DNA from: an uncultured cyanobacterium
GTDB lineage: Bacteria; Cyanobacteriota; Cyanobacteriia; Cyanobacteriales; CAWCAG01
Length of the DNA: 64,000 bases
Assembly: GCA_963803805.1 (NCBI GenBank)
Contig: CAWDOD010000010.1
Span: forward strand, 64,001 to 128,000
Direction: 5' to 3'
Made by a program: the position numbers and the translations under genes. The notes beneath the pieces are model-generated. The model was not told where the DNA came from, ran no database searches, and was given only the letters and a program-made list of their open reading frames with translations. Numbering within the stretch: position 1 is the stretch's first letter; every line of letters begins with the position of its first letter. Below are positions 32,902 to 44,339 of the stretch, in pieces.

Positions 32902-33831
32902 TCATTGATGATCCACTGGCATTGATCTCAACAACCGATCCACCACTGTTCGCCCTTGTCTCCCTCCGGCGGGAATGAGACGATGACAAAGTACGTGGGG
33001 AGCCATTAATTTAACATCGTCGGGGATGACATAATCTCGTTCTGAGAGAAAGGCTAAAGCCTGAGTCGCTTTTTGCAGGGCGACTGTTCCTCTGGGGGAT
33101 ACTCCTAAAGTGATTTCTTCATCTTCGCGGGAAGCTCTTACTAAATTGAGGATGTAGCGTTGTATGCTAGGTTTAACCTTCACTTGCTTAACTAACTGTT
33201 GCAAATCTTGGATTGCTTCTATAGATATACAAGGTTCTAGTTCATCAACAGTAATATTTCCCTGTTGTCTTTGCAGCATCTGTAATTCTTCTGCTTCTGT
33301 GGGATAACCAAGGCTAAAAGAAAGGGCGAAACGATCCATTTGTGCTTCCGGTAAAGGGAAAGTGCCTTGATATTCGATAGGATTTTGGGTGGCGACAACA
33401 AAGAATGGTTGGGGAACTTTGCGGGGATAGCCATCTACCGTTACCTGTTTTTCTTCCATCACTTCCAATAATGCTGATTGAGTTCTAGGGGTGGCGCGGT
33501 TAATTTCGTCAGCTAAAAGAATATTAGAAAAAACTGGGCCTGACATAAATTCAAATTCCCGGCTACTGGGGTTCCAAATATTGGTTCCAGTGATGTCGCT
33601 AGGCAGAAGATCCGGAGTGCATTGAACACGCTGAAACTTGCCGTTAATAGAACGGGCTAAGGATTTGGCTAAAAGAGTTTTACCAACCCCAGGTACATCT
33701 TCTAGTAAAGCGTGTCCTTCACCAAGCAAGGCGACTAAGACTAAGCGAATAGCCTTATCTTTCCCCACAATGGTACGTCCTAAGTTGTCGGTTAACTTTT
33801 TAATTGTCCCTTTGGTGGTTTCATCGATCAT
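32902..33831 (-). CDS. MoxR-family AAA+ ATPase
   Basis: DVPGVGKT, DEINRATPRTQSALLE and ATQNPIE..GTFPLPEAQMDRF motifs. Confidence 0.95.
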   Translation of the reverse strand: MIDETTKGTIKKLTDNLGRTIVGKDKAIRLVLVALLGEGHALLEDVPGVGKTLLAKSLARSINGKFQRVQCTPDLLPSDITGTNIWNPSSREFEFMSGPVFSNILLADEINRATPRTQSALLEVMEEKQVTVDGYPRKVPQPFFVVATQNPIEYQGTFPLPEAQMDRFALSFSLGYPTEAEELQMLQRQQGNITVDELEPCISIEAIQDLQQLVKQVKVKPSIQRYILNLVRASREDEEITLGVSPRGTVALQKATQALAFLSERDYVIPDDVKLMAPHVLCHRLIPAGGRQGRTVVDRLLRSMPVDHQ

Positions 33832-33913
33832 TAGTTGTTTTGCAGTGTCTTACCCAATTTCAAGTTCTATACTAGTACCATCTGGCATATCAAAAACCAA
33901 TAGAGACAGACAA

Positions 33914-35605
33914 CTAGCTTCCAAAAACTGAATTAAAAACTGATTTAATTGTCTCTTGAGCATCCCGCCAACGACTAGTAAAAGGTTGTTGTTGTTGTAA
34001 GAAAACCCTGGCACAATTCCTGCCTGGCATACCAGAAATTGCTCCGCCGGGATGGGTTCCAGCCCCAGTTAAAAACAAACCTTCAATAGGGGTTTTATAG
34101 TTAGCTATTTCTGGTAAAGGACGTAAAAAAACCATTTGGTCAATGGTCATATCCATATGATAATAATTACCTTTATAACTTCCTAATCTTTGGGCTAATT
34201 CCGCTGGACTTTCTACACGTCGGGCAATAACATTTTCTTTGACATTCGGAGCATATTCGGCCAGTTTATCCATAACCCGATCAGCAACCTTGTTCTTAAC
34301 TTCATCCGTCCAACCAGTACCATTTAAACCAGTCCCTTCTGCCCCATAAATTTGGTAGGGAGCAAAAAACTCGATCCACAGGGTATGTTTGCCTTCCGGA
34401 GCCATGGAGGGGTCAAGAACGGTAGGTACATCAAGGTACAGAGAAGGGTCACTATCAGGAATTTCCCCCATATTGGCCAAAGCATGGGCTTTTTCTACTT
34501 GGTTGACAGAATCAGCAATCAGAACTGTTCCGATTAAATATTCATCTTGATGATTATGGTTAATAAATCGGGGAGGTTCTGATAAAGCACAGTCGATTTT
34601 AAGAATTGTTTCATTATTGTTAGCAATTTTCCTCTCTAAGCGATCGCGCAACTGCGAATCCACTTCGGCAACATCCCCTGGCTCCATTAACTGTAAAAAG
34701 AGTCGTTGGGCATCAATATTGGAAATAACCCCCGCCTTAGCTAAATATTCCTTCCCTCCAGCTACCCTTACTCCCACCGCATGACCCTCATTAACCAAAA
34801 CCTTCTCCACCCCTTGGTCAGTAAGAATTGTGCCTCCTTCAGCCTTTACTAGCTTAACCAAAGCCTCTGTTAAAGCCCCTGTACCACCGCGAGGTCTAGC
34901 CATACCAGGATGGTGACGCATAGCCATCATCATCGCCCCGGCGGTAATACCTTTTTGGGAAGGAGGAGCGCCAATTTCTGCTGCTAACCTAGCCAGAGGC
35001 GCTCGAACAATTTCGCTATCAAACCATTCATTAATCAAATCTTCTGGGCTAGATAGCATAGTGCGTATGAAGTCTAGTGTTTTTTTTGTGGAGCCAACAC
35101 TCTTAAATAAATCTTTGATTTTTCCTTTGTCAAAATTACCAGCGATATCTAATAAAGACTTAGGAGGAGAATTAAAAAGTGGGGTGATCGCTCCCATCAA
35201 GCTTTGCCAATAATCAATAAATTCAGCGTACTTAAGAGCATCTCGCTGGCTATAACGGGCAATTTCTGCACAAGTTGCCTCAACAGATTTATGTGCTAAA
35301 AAATACTTACCATCAGGATGGGGACAAAAAACTATCGGATCACAAAAAAGATATTCCAAGCCGTATTTATGGAGTTGTAATTCCTCGATAACCGGACTCA
35401 GAAAAATAAATTCATGGTCAATGGCGCAAAGATTAAACTTGAACCCAGAGGCTTCGGTGGGCATTGCTTCTTCTGTAGTAGCTGCTCCTCCAGGTACAGG
35501 GCGCTTTTCCAATAGTAAAACTTTATAGCCAGCTTTGAGTAGATAAGCTCCGCAGACCAAACCATTATGACCTGCACCAATAATAATTACATCATAAGTT
35601 TCCAT
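33914..35605 (-). CDS. crtO: Beta-carotene ketolase CrtO-type FAD oxidoreductase
   Basis: GAGHNGL, FNLCAIDHEFI and GAGTHPGGAISGMPGRNCA motifs. Confidence 0.8.
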   Translation of the reverse strand: METYDVIIIGAGHNGLVCGAYLLKAGYKVLLLEKRPVPGGAATTEEAMPTEASGFKFNLCAIDHEFIFLSPVIEELQLHKYGLEYLFCDPIVFCPHPDGKYFLAHKSVEATCAEIARYSQRDALKYAEFIDYWQSLMGAITPLFNSPPKSLLDIAGNFDKGKIKDLFKSVGSTKKTLDFIRTMLSSPEDLINEWFDSEIVRAPLARLAAEIGAPPSQKGITAGAMMMAMRHHPGMARPRGGTGALTEALVKLVKAEGGTILTDQGVEKVLVNEGHAVGVRVAGGKEYLAKAGVISNIDAQRLFLQLMEPGDVAEVDSQLRDRLERKIANNNETILKIDCALSEPPRFINHNHQDEYLIGTVLIADSVNQVEKAHALANMGEIPDSDPSLYLDVPTVLDPSMAPEGKHTLWIEFFAPYQIYGAEGTGLNGTGWTDEVKNKVADRVMDKLAEYAPNVKENVIARRVESPAELAQRLGSYKGNYYHMDMTIDQMVFLRPLPEIANYKTPIEGLFLTGAGTHPGGAISGMPGRNCARVFLQQQQPFTSRWRDAQETIKSVFNSVFGS

Positions 35606-35759
35606 AAATTATGCTCCAAGGGCAAAATAGACCAGCAACAAAATAGAATAGAGTATATAGCCCTTCATAGTTCTCTATTCAGAGAGTATGGCTTAAAGCA
35701 AAGCTCCCAGTTATACTGGCAAAGTCCGCAGATTTTTACAGAGGAAATCGACAACATCT

Positions 35760-36086
35760 ATGAATTCTGCTGTTAAAGTAATTAAACCTTCCGGAATCTT
35801 GGACGGGACAAAAGCGAGTGAATTTCGTCAGGAAATTCAAAAATGCGTCGAAGATAAGGCCGAAATTATCGTCATTGATTTTCGTGATGTGACTTTTATG
35901 GATAGCTCTGGTTTAGGAGCATTGGTATTAGCCCTTAAAACTGTTCGTACTGTTGGTTCCAAGCTATTTTTGTGTTCCATAAATGAACAAATTAAAATGT
36001 TGTTTGAGCTAACCAGTATGGATTGAGTATTTGAAATCTTTGATAATTATGAAGATTTCCAAGAAAAAGTCTTAACCAAATCTTAA
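35760..36086 (+). CDS. STAS anti-sigma-factor antagonist, interrupted by an in-frame TGA at 36024-36026
   Basis: FMDSSGLGAL motif. The frame continues VFEIFDNYEDFQEKVLTKS after the TGA. Confidence 0.88.
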
Positions 36087-36184
36087 AGATACCTAATTTG
36101 TCAAGTTAGCTCAATTCAACCAAAAGCCCCACGTTGGTAATTTAAAATTTCGGCGTGGGATAGATGTTTTGTATCTATGCCTGT

Positions 36185-37324
36185 TTAAACAAAATCTATT
36201 TGCATCAGGGAAAGATCGTCATCTAGAACGTCCTGAGAGTTGAAAGATTGAACTTTTTCAATTAACAACTCCAAATCCCACTGAGGTTTTTTTTGGTACT
36301 CTTTAAGCTGTTCAATGAAATTGTCTAAACCCCAAAGAGTACCATCGGACTGGCTAAGTTCATAAATACCATCGCTGAAAATATAAAGACTAGCATCAGG
36401 GTCAATTTGGCAACGAGTGTCTATGTATTCAGCATCAGGAAACATCCCCACCGGAAAACCTGGTGTTTTCAGAAGCTGTACCTCTAAGCTGGATTTATCC
36501 CTAGGGCTGAGGAGGACTGCTGGGGGGTGTCCAGCACTAGCATAAACAAGCTGACGTTGTTTTGTGTCATAAACTCCGTACCAAATAGTAAAATATTTGT
36601 CATTGCGCTGAGTCATTTGGAAAGCATCATTTAAGCCTCTAAGAACTTCGCTAGGTTGATGATAATTAACTTTGGGCAAGCCCTTAGAACGTAGAAGATT
36701 CATTACCGATAAAGAAGGTAAAGCCGCCCTCAAACCATGACCTGAAACATCTAGTAGATACATGGCTATACGGTCTTCATCAAGCCAGTAGTAATCGAAA
36801 CTATCGCCCCCTAATTGGCTAGAAGGAATAAACTTAAGATTAATAGATATTCTTGATTCCTTCAAAGGCTCTGGCAAAATTGAGCAAACATATTCTGCGG
36901 CTTCGGCTAATTCGGCCTCTAAAAGCTGCTTTTGTTGTTGCAAGTCATTAGCTAGTTGATGTTGCCTTAAACCAGAACGAACACGGGCATCTAACTCAAA
37001 TATTTCAATGGGTTTACAAACAAAATCATCGGCCCCTGCATCTAAACCTTCGACGCGGTCATCTACAGAATCTCTAGAAGTTAGTAGTATAAAAAAAGTA
37101 GTCGAAAGCTTTGGGGTGGCTTTAATCTGACGACAAACTTCAATGCCATTCATGTGGGGCATCATCCAGTCGCAGATTACCATGCCAGGAACAATTTCCT
37201 TGGCTTTGGCTAAACCCTCCTTGCCGTCACTAGCAACGGTGACATCGTAACCACTTTTGGCTAAAGTTCTTTTCAGCAACATCTGAATTGCTGGGTCATC
37301 GTCAATAATAAGTATTTGCTCCAT
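36185..37324 (-). CDS. Response regulator receiver + PP2C/SpoIIE phosphatase
   Basis: IIDDD..CDWMMP receiver domain; GGD, DVSGHG, FSDG and DDLS phosphatase motifs. Confidence 0.92.
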   Translation of the reverse strand: MEQILIIDDDPAIQMLLKRTLAKSGYDVTVASDGKEGLAKAKEIVPGMVICDWMMPHMNGIEVCRQIKATPKLSTTFFILLTSRDSVDDRVEGLDAGADDFVCKPIEIFELDARVRSGLRQHQLANDLQQQKQLLEAELAEAAEYVCSILPEPLKESRISINLKFIPSSQLGGDSFDYYWLDEDRIAMYLLDVSGHGLRAALPSLSVMNLLRSKGLPKVNYHQPSEVLRGLNDAFQMTQRNDKYFTIWYGVYDTKQRQLVYASAGHPPAVLLSPRDKSSLEVQLLKTPGFPVGMFPDAEYIDTRCQIDPDASLYIFSDGIYELSQSDGTLWGLDNFIEQLKEYQKKPQWDLELLIEKVQSFNSQDVLDDDLSLMQIDFV

Positions 37325-37514
37325 GACAGGTCAGTGATTTAACTCGCGCTTAAATTGGCTCCCATTCTCAACTAGACTAGACTTAATTTGATAAATTTGG
37401 AAAACATAAGAATAAAATGTCGGTCGGTAGTCAAGTATCAAGTCCATAAATTCAGGCTAAACTAGATTTGCTATTAGTACTGTTATTTAATTTGGTAACA
37501 ATAGCTACTTTGTT

Positions 37515-37980
37515 GTGACGTTAAAGGGATTTGGGCTGTTGACAGTTCTCAAAAAAACTTTGACAACCTTTTCTACGGATCTGAAGTTATTAGATGACGT
37601 TTTGTCTTGGTTTGATCCTTTTAAACCTTCTTCAGTATCCCTAAAATATTGGCTGGAGTGCAAATTAGCTCTGGCCGAAGGATTTACTAATGCTGTTCGC
37701 CACGCCCATAGAGGGCTGCCTACAGATGAATTGATTGAAATTGAGGTCACTTTGTATACCGATCACTTAGAGATGCGTATTTGGGATTGCGGTCACTCCT
37801 TTTGATTTGAGCGCCCATCTCAACAACTTGTTAGAAAAAAAAGATAATCAGTGGGCAGGGGGCGGTCGTGGTTTGGAAATTTTGCAGAAAATCTCCGATT
37901 TTCTGAGTTACACTCGCATTGATGATAGTCGTAATTGCTTGTTAATAGGAAAAGATTACGATTCGGTACAACCGGATTGA
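37515..37980 (+). CDS. Anti-sigma-factor Ser/Thr kinase (RsbW-like), frameshifted near 37795
   Basis: LAEGFTNAVRHAH and IWDCG motifs. The +1 frame continues PFDL..GGRGLEIL..RNCLL to a stop at 37980. Confidence 0.82.
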
Positions 37981-37992
37981 GCTTATGAGTTT

Positions 37993-38817
37993 ATGAGTCA
38001 AGTTAAGCCACCCCTAGTTGATTGTGCTTGGTTAGCAGGGCAATTAAATAATCCCCAGGTGGTAATTTTAGATTGTCGTTTCGATTTGTCTGACCCTCAA
38101 TGGGGAGAGAGACAGTATCGTCACAGTCATATTCCAGGAGCCTATTATTTACATTTAGACCAAGATTTATCTGCACCTCTTAAACGCCATGGAGGCCGCC
38201 ATCCCCTACCTGTAACTCAGGAATTTGCTAGTAAAATGGCTAGTCTGGGAGTCGATTTTGGGAAAACCTTAGTAGTTGCCTATGATAGTTCCCGTTTGGC
38301 TTTTGCTGCCCGCCTGTGGTGGTTATTACGCTATTTTGGTCACGACCATGTAGCTGTTTTAGATGGGGGTTGGTTAGCTTGGCAAGAAGGGCAATATCCC
38401 GTTAGTAATACTTTGGACATACCTAGCCCAGGTAATTTTATTCCTCAAGTAAGAACTGATTGGATAGTAGATATCGAAACTGTTAAGAATTACCAGAATT
38501 GCCCGGAAATTATTTTAGTTGATTCTCGCGATCGTGATAGATATTTAGGAAAAATAGAGCCTCTAGACCCTGTGGCGGGACATATTCCGGGTGCAATTAA
38601 TTTACCTTGGAAAGAAGTTACAGAACCATCACAGAAAATTCGCTCTCCCTTAGAACAAAGCCAAAGATGGCAAAAATATCAGTTTGGTTCTCCTTTAGTT
38701 GTTTATTGTGGTTCAGGGGTAACAGCCTGTGTTAACCTTCTCTCTTTGGAAATAGCCCAAATTAACAATGCCAAACTATATCCTGGGGGGTGGAGTGACT
38801 GGTGTTCTTATGATTGA
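37993..38817 (+). CDS. Rhodanese/mercaptopyruvate sulfurtransferase
   Basis: HIPGA (twice), GGRHPLP, YCGSGVTA and YPGGWSDW motifs. Confidence 0.92.
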   Translation: MSQVKPPLVDCAWLAGQLNNPQVVILDCRFDLSDPQWGERQYRHSHIPGAYYLHLDQDLSAPLKRHGGRHPLPVTQEFASKMASLGVDFGKTLVVAYDSSRLAFAARLWWLLRYFGHDHVAVLDGGWLAWQEGQYPVSNTLDIPSPGNFIPQVRTDWIVDIETVKNYQNCPEIILVDSRDRDRYLGKIEPLDPVAGHIPGAINLPWKEVTEPSQKIRSPLEQSQRWQKYQFGSPLVVYCGSGVTACVNLLSLEIAQINNAKLYPGGWSDWCSYD

Positions 38818-39296
38818 TTAACGATTTATTTCAGTAAATATCAAACTGCGATAATCTTGTCATCTCAATAACATATAATCTCAATATAAGTGTAGAGTTG
38901 GGAGGTCAAAATAATAGTTTCGTTTTCTGAGGTGAATATTTTTTTAGTTTATTTAATAGGTAATAATCTCTATTGTCTCAAGAATGCCTAAATTAAAATA
39001 TAGTTTAGTGGTGGGGAATTCAGCCTGAAGTTGTTTGGTCAGAAAATCCCCACTTTCTTAGTGTTTGGTCAATAAATAAAGGGAAAAAATAATTTTAAAA
39101 CTAACTCAAAGATATTGAGGCTTGGAAGTTTATTTTTATCCTCTTAATTATAAAAATTGAAAGTATGGAAAGGGAAGCTCGTTATGAGTTTTGCTGCACT
39201 AGCAAGGTTTTTTTATTATTAAATAAATGAGTAAATCTTGTTAGTATAGTAAGTTGCGATCTTTTTATTTGTAAATTTTAGGTATATATTAAGTTT

Positions 39297-39815
39297 ATGC
39301 GTTTCACTGAGAACCGTCTTTCGATTTTCGTGGACGGGAACAATATGTTCTACGCGCAGCAAAAAAATGGTTGGTTCTTTGACCCCAGGCGTGTATTAGA
39401 ATATTTCAAAAGTCCTCCCGAACTTACCCTAGTTAATGCCTTTTGGTATACAGGTTTAAAAGACTCCCAAGACCAACGAGGATTTAGAGATGCGCTTATT
39501 AGTTTAGGTTATACAGTACGAACCAAAATACTTAAAGAATATTACGATGATAACTCCGGACGCTATTCTCAAAAAGCCAATCTTGATATAGAAATTGTTG
39601 TAGATATGTTTAATACCTGCGAACAATATAATCGTGTAGTTCTTTTTAGTGGCGATGGGGATTTTGAAAGAGCTATTGAGCTATTACGCTCTAAAAATAC
39701 TCATATTACAGTGGTATCTACAGAAGGGATGATCGCTAGGGAATTGAGGAACGTTACAGATTCTTATATAGATTTAAACGATATTCGTGATCGCATCGAA
39801 AAATATGATTTTTAA
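39297..39815 (+). CDS. NYN-domain (LabA/DUF88) protein
   Basis: FVDGNN, KANLDIE and FSGDGDF motifs. Confidence 0.9.
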   Translation: MRFTENRLSIFVDGNNMFYAQQKNGWFFDPRRVLEYFKSPPELTLVNAFWYTGLKDSQDQRGFRDALISLGYTVRTKILKEYYDDNSGRYSQKANLDIEIVVDMFNTCEQYNRVVLFSGDGDFERAIELLRSKNTHITVVSTEGMIARELRNVTDSYIDLNDIRDRIEKYDF

Positions 39816-39905
39816 AGAGTGCTAATTCCTAATAGAGAGATAAAATTGCTATAGTTTGTTCTATAGCTAGAGAAAAATATTTTATCTCCATCTTTGCAAT
39901 TTGCC

Positions 39906-41516
39906 ATGAATAATCAATCAGACCGCATCATCATTTTTGATACCACACTTCGAGACGGGGAGCAGTCTCCTGGTGCAACCCTCAACGGCGATGAAAAGCT
40001 ACTGATTGCCAGGCAGTTAGCACGTTTGGGGGTGGATATTATTGAAGCAGGTTTTGCCTACGCTAGTCCAGGAGATTTCCAGGCGATTAATCGCATTGCT
40101 CAAATTGTCGGAACAGAAGATGGGCCAACGATTTGTAGTTTGGCTAGGGCAACTAAACAAGATATCAAAGCTGCTGCTGAATCGATTGAACCTGCTTACA
40201 ATTCGCGGATTCATACCTTTATTGCCACTTCTGATATTCATTTGCAGTACAAATTAAAGAAGACAAGGCAAGAAGTTTTAGAAATTGCTCGTGAAATGGT
40301 GGCTTATGCTAAATCTTTTGTTGATGATGTGGAATTTTCTCCGGAAGATGCTGTCCGAAGTGATCCGGAGTTTCTTTACCAAGTGATTGAAGGGGCGATC
40401 GCAGCCGGGGCTACAACTGTTAATATTCCTGATACCGTTGGTTATACGACTCCCACAGAGTTTGGGGCTTTGATTGGTGGTATTAAAGAAAATGTACCAA
40501 ATATTGACCAAGCGATTATTTCTGTTCATGGCCACAACGACTTAGGTTTGGCCGTAGCGAACTTCCTGGAAGCTGTGAAGAATGGGGCGCGGCAATTAGA
40601 ATGTACCATTAACGGTATTGGTGAACGAGCTGGTAATGCCGCTTTGGAAGAGTTAGTTATGGCCCTCCATGTCCGTAGGCAGTATTTTAACCCTTTCTTT
40701 GGTAGAAAGCCGGAGTCAGAAGCACCGTTGACGCAAATTAATACCCAGGAAATTTATAAAACCTCCCGTTTAGTCTCTAATTTAACGGGGATGATGGTGC
40801 AGCCCAATAAAGCGATTGTGGGGACTAATGCTTTTGCCCATGAATCTGGTATTCACCAAGATGGAGTTCTCAAAAACAAACTAACCTACGAAATAATGGA
40901 TGCCCAATCCATTGGTTTGAATAATAACCAAATTATCTTGGGTAAGCATTCAGGGCGTAACGCTTTTCGGACTCGCCTCCAAGAGTTAGGTTTTGAACTT
41001 TCTGATATAGAACTTAACAAAGCCTTTTTACGCTTTAAAGATGTTGCAGATAAGAAAAAAGAAATCACTGACTGGGACTTAGAAGCAATTGTTAATGATG
41101 AAATTCAACAAGCCCCTGAACTATTCCGCCTAGAATTAGTACAAGTTTCCTGTGGCGATCGCGCGACTCCTACAGCCACAGTTACTCTCCGTACCCCCGA
41201 TGGTAAAGAGTTAAGCGATGCAGCTATTGGTACAGGACCTGTAGATGCAGTTTACCAAGCCATTAACCGTGTAGTTAATGTACCCAATGAATTAATTGAA
41301 TTTTCCGTTAAATCAGTAACTGCGGGTATTGATGCTATTGGTGAGGTGACTATACGCCTACGTCATGAAGGTAAAGTTTATTCTGGACATTCAGCCAATA
41401 CAGATATTATTACTGCTTCGGCTAGGGCTTATATAAGTGCTTTAAATCGTCTTTATGGCGCTTTACAACAAAGGGAAAAAGGTTCTTCAGAAGAAATTGT
41501 TAGTAATGCAATTTAA
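39906..41516 (+). CDS. leuA: 2-isopropylmalate synthase
   Basis: [28 protein letters not shown] and HESGIHQDG motifs. Start is the ATG at 39906 or the TTG at 39894. Confidence 0.96.
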   Translation: MNNQSDRIIIFDTTLRDGEQSPGATLNGDEKLLIARQLARLGVDIIEAGFAYASPGDFQAINRIAQIVGTEDGPTICSLARATKQDIKAAAESIEPAYNSRIHTFIATSDIHLQYKLKKTRQEVLEIAREMVAYAKSFVDDVEFSPEDAVRSDPEFLYQVIEGAIAAGATTVNIPDTVGYTTPTEFGALIGGIKENVPNIDQAIISVHGHNDLGLAVANFLEAVKNGARQLECTINGIGERAGNAALEELVMALHVRRQYFNPFFGRKPESEAPLTQINTQEIYKTSRLVSNLTGMMVQPNKAIVGTNAFAHESGIHQDGVLKNKLTYEIMDAQSIGLNNNQIILGKHSGRNAFRTRLQELGFELSDIELNKAFLRFKDVADKKKEITDWDLEAIVNDEIQQAPELFRLELVQVSCGDRATPTATVTLRTPDGKELSDAAIGTGPVDAVYQAINRVVNVPNELIEFSVKSVTAGIDAIGEVTIRLRHEGKVYSGHSANTDIITASARAYISALNRLYGALQQREKGSSEEIVSNAI

Positions 41517-41553
41517 GGTTAGCGCTGAATCTTAGTACTTACCTAGGGACACA

Positions 41554-41588
41554 ATTTTGTAAGGTGAGCATTACTCACCTTACAAAAT
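41554..41588. terminator. Perfect 15-bp hairpin after leuA (terminator or REP-like)
   Basis: ATTTTGTAAGGTGAG-CATTA-CTCACCTTACAAAAT. Confidence 0.7.
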
Positions 41589-41867
41589 ATAATGATGAAA
41601 ATTCTCATCACACTGTGGAGAAATTGTGTAGGGAACAAAGCCGTGTTAATTTACATTAGACTTGTCCAGAAATTAACTTGAAACCATTACGAAATCTGGA
41701 CTACATTTTAATTGTTGGACAGGTCATTTGAAGCTAAAGTAGATACTCTTAACTGACAGATTAGATGTAGAGATGCAACCTATGAAACAGCAATCTAGTT
41801 AATTGTGAACTAATTGTTGACCGTAGAGATGTTTGATTTTCGTCATCACAAAAATAGACTAAATTCC

Positions 41868-42077
41868 CTAGAAAAGATCGCACATCACATCAATAACAAC
41901 TTGCTGAAGTTGGCGACTAGGGGCTTTAATTTCTTCTTTGCTAACAGACTTGCTGTGATATTCCGCTAAACATAACTCTTGATTATCTGGTTGAGAGTGC
42001 AGTGCTTTGGGTGGAACATCAGAAGAATTGAGTGACGAGATTGGCAACTCGTTCATATTGGTTAAGGTTATGTCCAT
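41868..42077 (-). CDS. Small hypothetical protein
   Basis: 69-aa ORF preceded by AAGGAG. Confidence 0.45.
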   Translation of the reverse strand: MDITLTNMNELPISSLNSSDVPPKALHSQPDNQELCLAEYHSKSVSKEEIKAPSRQLQQVVIDVMCDLF

Positions 42078-42430
42078 AACTACATTTGCTCCTTAAGATT
42101 CAAACAATTTCCAGCTTTTCAGTAAGAAAAATACTTGCCAAGTATAGTTTTTGACTGCTCTATCAACCTCGGCCAAATGTCGTATACAAATAAGATTCTT
42201 GTGTATGAGGCTATATTGAGCAATTATTTCTTCCTTAAGATAGAAGCCTTAACTATAAACTATATCAATTCTTAAAGTTTTCAGTGCATTTCGCAAACAA
42301 ACTAAATTAATGAATAAAAAATTTACTCTATTTAGTTCATATCACGTAATTAACTAGGAAATTATTAAGCAAAAGCGAATCTTATAATTAACTAGACCAA
42401 CTCTAAAAAAATGCTCAATGATCAATGACA

Positions 42431-42928
42431 TTACCATCCCATTGTCCCTGGTTCTCCTTTAAAAGGACCGACAATATCATCAGTTATCCAGCCCCCATAA
42501 AAGTTTCCTGGCTGAGGTTTTACTAATTCGCCTTCAACATAGCAAGCAGTCATGAGATTAGGGTAAAAGCCGAAATAGCCTTGAATAGGGACGAAATTAG
42601 GGGTAGGTTCAAAATAACTCCACGCCGCAAATTGAACTTGCTTTGCTCCTACGGAAATATGGTAGTAGCAGCAGTAACCCTTCCACTCACACCAAGTCTT
42701 ACGGGGAGTTTCTTGGAGATATTCCCGCTTAACGTCTTCTGGGGGAACGTAGTATACAGGAGGATGACTTGTTTCTAAAACTCTTTTGCCTCGTCGGGTT
42801 TCGGCAATAACTAGATCATTAAAAACAACTTTAATCTGTTTGTGGGTATCTTCTAAAATTGCCGGGCGAGGATAATCCCACACGGATTCTTGTCCTGGTT
42901 GTGGTTTAATAGGTTCTGGTTTGAGCAT
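42431..42928 (-). CDS. DUF427 family protein
   Basis: ESVWDYPRP, LETSHPPVYY, CEWKG and FYGGWIT motifs. Confidence 0.85.
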   Translation of the reverse strand: MLKPEPIKPQPGQESVWDYPRPAILEDTHKQIKVVFNDLVIAETRRGKRVLETSHPPVYYVPPEDVKREYLQETPRKTWCEWKGYCCYYHISVGAKQVQFAAWSYFEPTPNFVPIQGYFGFYPNLMTACYVEGELVKPQPGNFYGGWITDDIVGPFKGEPGTMGW

Positions 42929-42960
42929 AATTCATAGTAGATATGTGTTTAATTGCTCAG

Positions 42961-43008
42961 GTTATCGGTTATCAATGATCAATGACCAATGATCATTGAT
43001 CATTGATG
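42961..43008. repeat. Short heptamer tandem repeats (STRR-like), in inverted arrangement
   Basis: (CAATGAT/CAATGAC)n followed by (CATTGAT)n. Similar heptamer runs occur near 8486, 15268, 17050 and 19851-19920. Confidence 0.6.
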
Positions 43009-43022
43009 AATATTTAGTTGGG

Positions 43023-43844
43023 CTATTTGCTGATAGTTATCACCTTTTCAATTAAAGAGATTACATCACTCCTACTTAGTTTCTCTTTACCAACAGCTAA
43101 GGCACTGAGAGTTCCATGGGCTAAGGTCAAGGGGATTTTACAGAAATCCAAAGCTGGACCATTAGGTAAGGCCTTAGTATAAGCATCTGCTAAGGCTAAA
43201 TTATGGCGAGCATATTGGTGCATTTGCTTAGTTTCCCATCCTTCTGGAAAGAAGTCTACGCCACGCTTTAGATCTTCGCTGTGGTTGCGTAAAATATTGA
43301 CAGCTTGCAAGCCTCTACCAAAACCTATACCTTGGAGACGATTGGTTTGAGTACCATCGTGCCAAGCCCAGAGATCACTAAGGAGCAATCCTACAGAACC
43401 AGCTACGCTAAAGGTATAGCGGTCTAGATCTGCTTTGGTATCGATTTGCCAATTACAATAAGCCCAATAGGCCATTCTATCTGCCATGGTTGCTGTGGCT
43501 TCCCAAATGCGAGGTGCGATGGTTTCTGGGGCTAAAAGAACCCATTCACCGATTCTTAAGGTAACTTCTTCTAATTGGTTTTGATAGTCAAGTAAGCCCA
43601 CAGAGAAGTCTGCTGTTTGAGAATCTTCTACTGCCCCCTGCAAGTTTAAGCTAATTGCACGCAACAGCTTGGCTTTAAGAGGGTTACTTAGTTCAGGATG
43701 ATCTTCAATCTCATCAATAGCCCGCATACAAAGGTATGCTGAAGCAACAGCTTTTTGCAGGGGTAACGGTAAGCGGCTAATGGGTATATAAAAAGTTCTA
43801 CTGGTTGCTTTTAATATTTCCAATGCTCCTTTATGCAAACTCAT
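43023..43844 (-). CDS. Squalene/phytoene synthase family protein
   Basis: TSRTF, YLCMRAIDEIED, VAGSVG and GLQAVNILR motifs. Confidence 0.9.
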   Translation of the reverse strand: MSLHKGALEILKATSRTFYIPISRLPLPLQKAVASAYLCMRAIDEIEDHPELSNPLKAKLLRAISLNLQGAVEDSQTADFSVGLLDYQNQLEEVTLRIGEWVLLAPETIAPRIWEATATMADRMAYWAYCNWQIDTKADLDRYTFSVAGSVGLLLSDLWAWHDGTQTNRLQGIGFGRGLQAVNILRNHSEDLKRGVDFFPEGWETKQMHQYARHNLALADAYTKALPNGPALDFCKIPLTLAHGTLSALAVGKEKLSRSDVISLIEKVITISK

Positions 43845-44255
43845 CCATCCGTCTCCTCACGAAAAATATGTGTTCTAGCATATAAGAAGAACTTACTTAT
43901 AGATATGTGATCTGCAATTACTGGCAAATTTTGTAGTTAGAGTTACAGGGTTTTTCAAAAAAAGCAAGAACATTTATCTAAGAATATATCTAAATACCAG
44001 GGCAAGACAATAATAATGTTTATGACTTGCCTGATCTATTTTTATAACTAAAACCTTAATTTCAGCTTAAACAAAGCAGCTTTTTCTCTAGTTTCCATGA
44101 TTAGCTAACTCACTAAGAATATAAATCACAATATTGATTCCTTGTTGCATCAGTAATTACTATTGCCCTCAAGGTTTCTTGCTGTTAATTATTGGTAATT
44201 ACACTTGCAATAAATTGTTTATTTAGCTTTGAAAATTACAATAATTTATTGCGAG

Positions 44256-44339
44256 TTGACATATTTCAAAAAAAGTTGTTAGAGTTGTCAACGACCAGAG
44301 GGAGTAAATTGATTATCCTTAGTTAGAATAATTATTCTA
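44256..44339 (+). promoter_or_regulatory. Putative promoter plus a perfect AT-rich palindrome (Fur-family-like operator)
   Basis: TTGACA (44256)-18 bp-TAGAGT with an extended TG; TAGAATAATTATTCTA at 44324-44339. Confidence 0.45.

Noticed and set aside
20050-36026. Genetic-code reassignment or selenocysteine at the in-frame TGA codons
   Set aside because: TGA ends many intact genes in this window. Both cases fall at an expected Arg (CGA) in a GATC context and accompany several frameshifts, which favours sequence error.
36124-36167. CCCACG...CGTGGG hairpin resembling an IS200/IS605 end
   Set aside because: It is too short, no transposase is nearby, and it could simply be a terminator between convergent genes.
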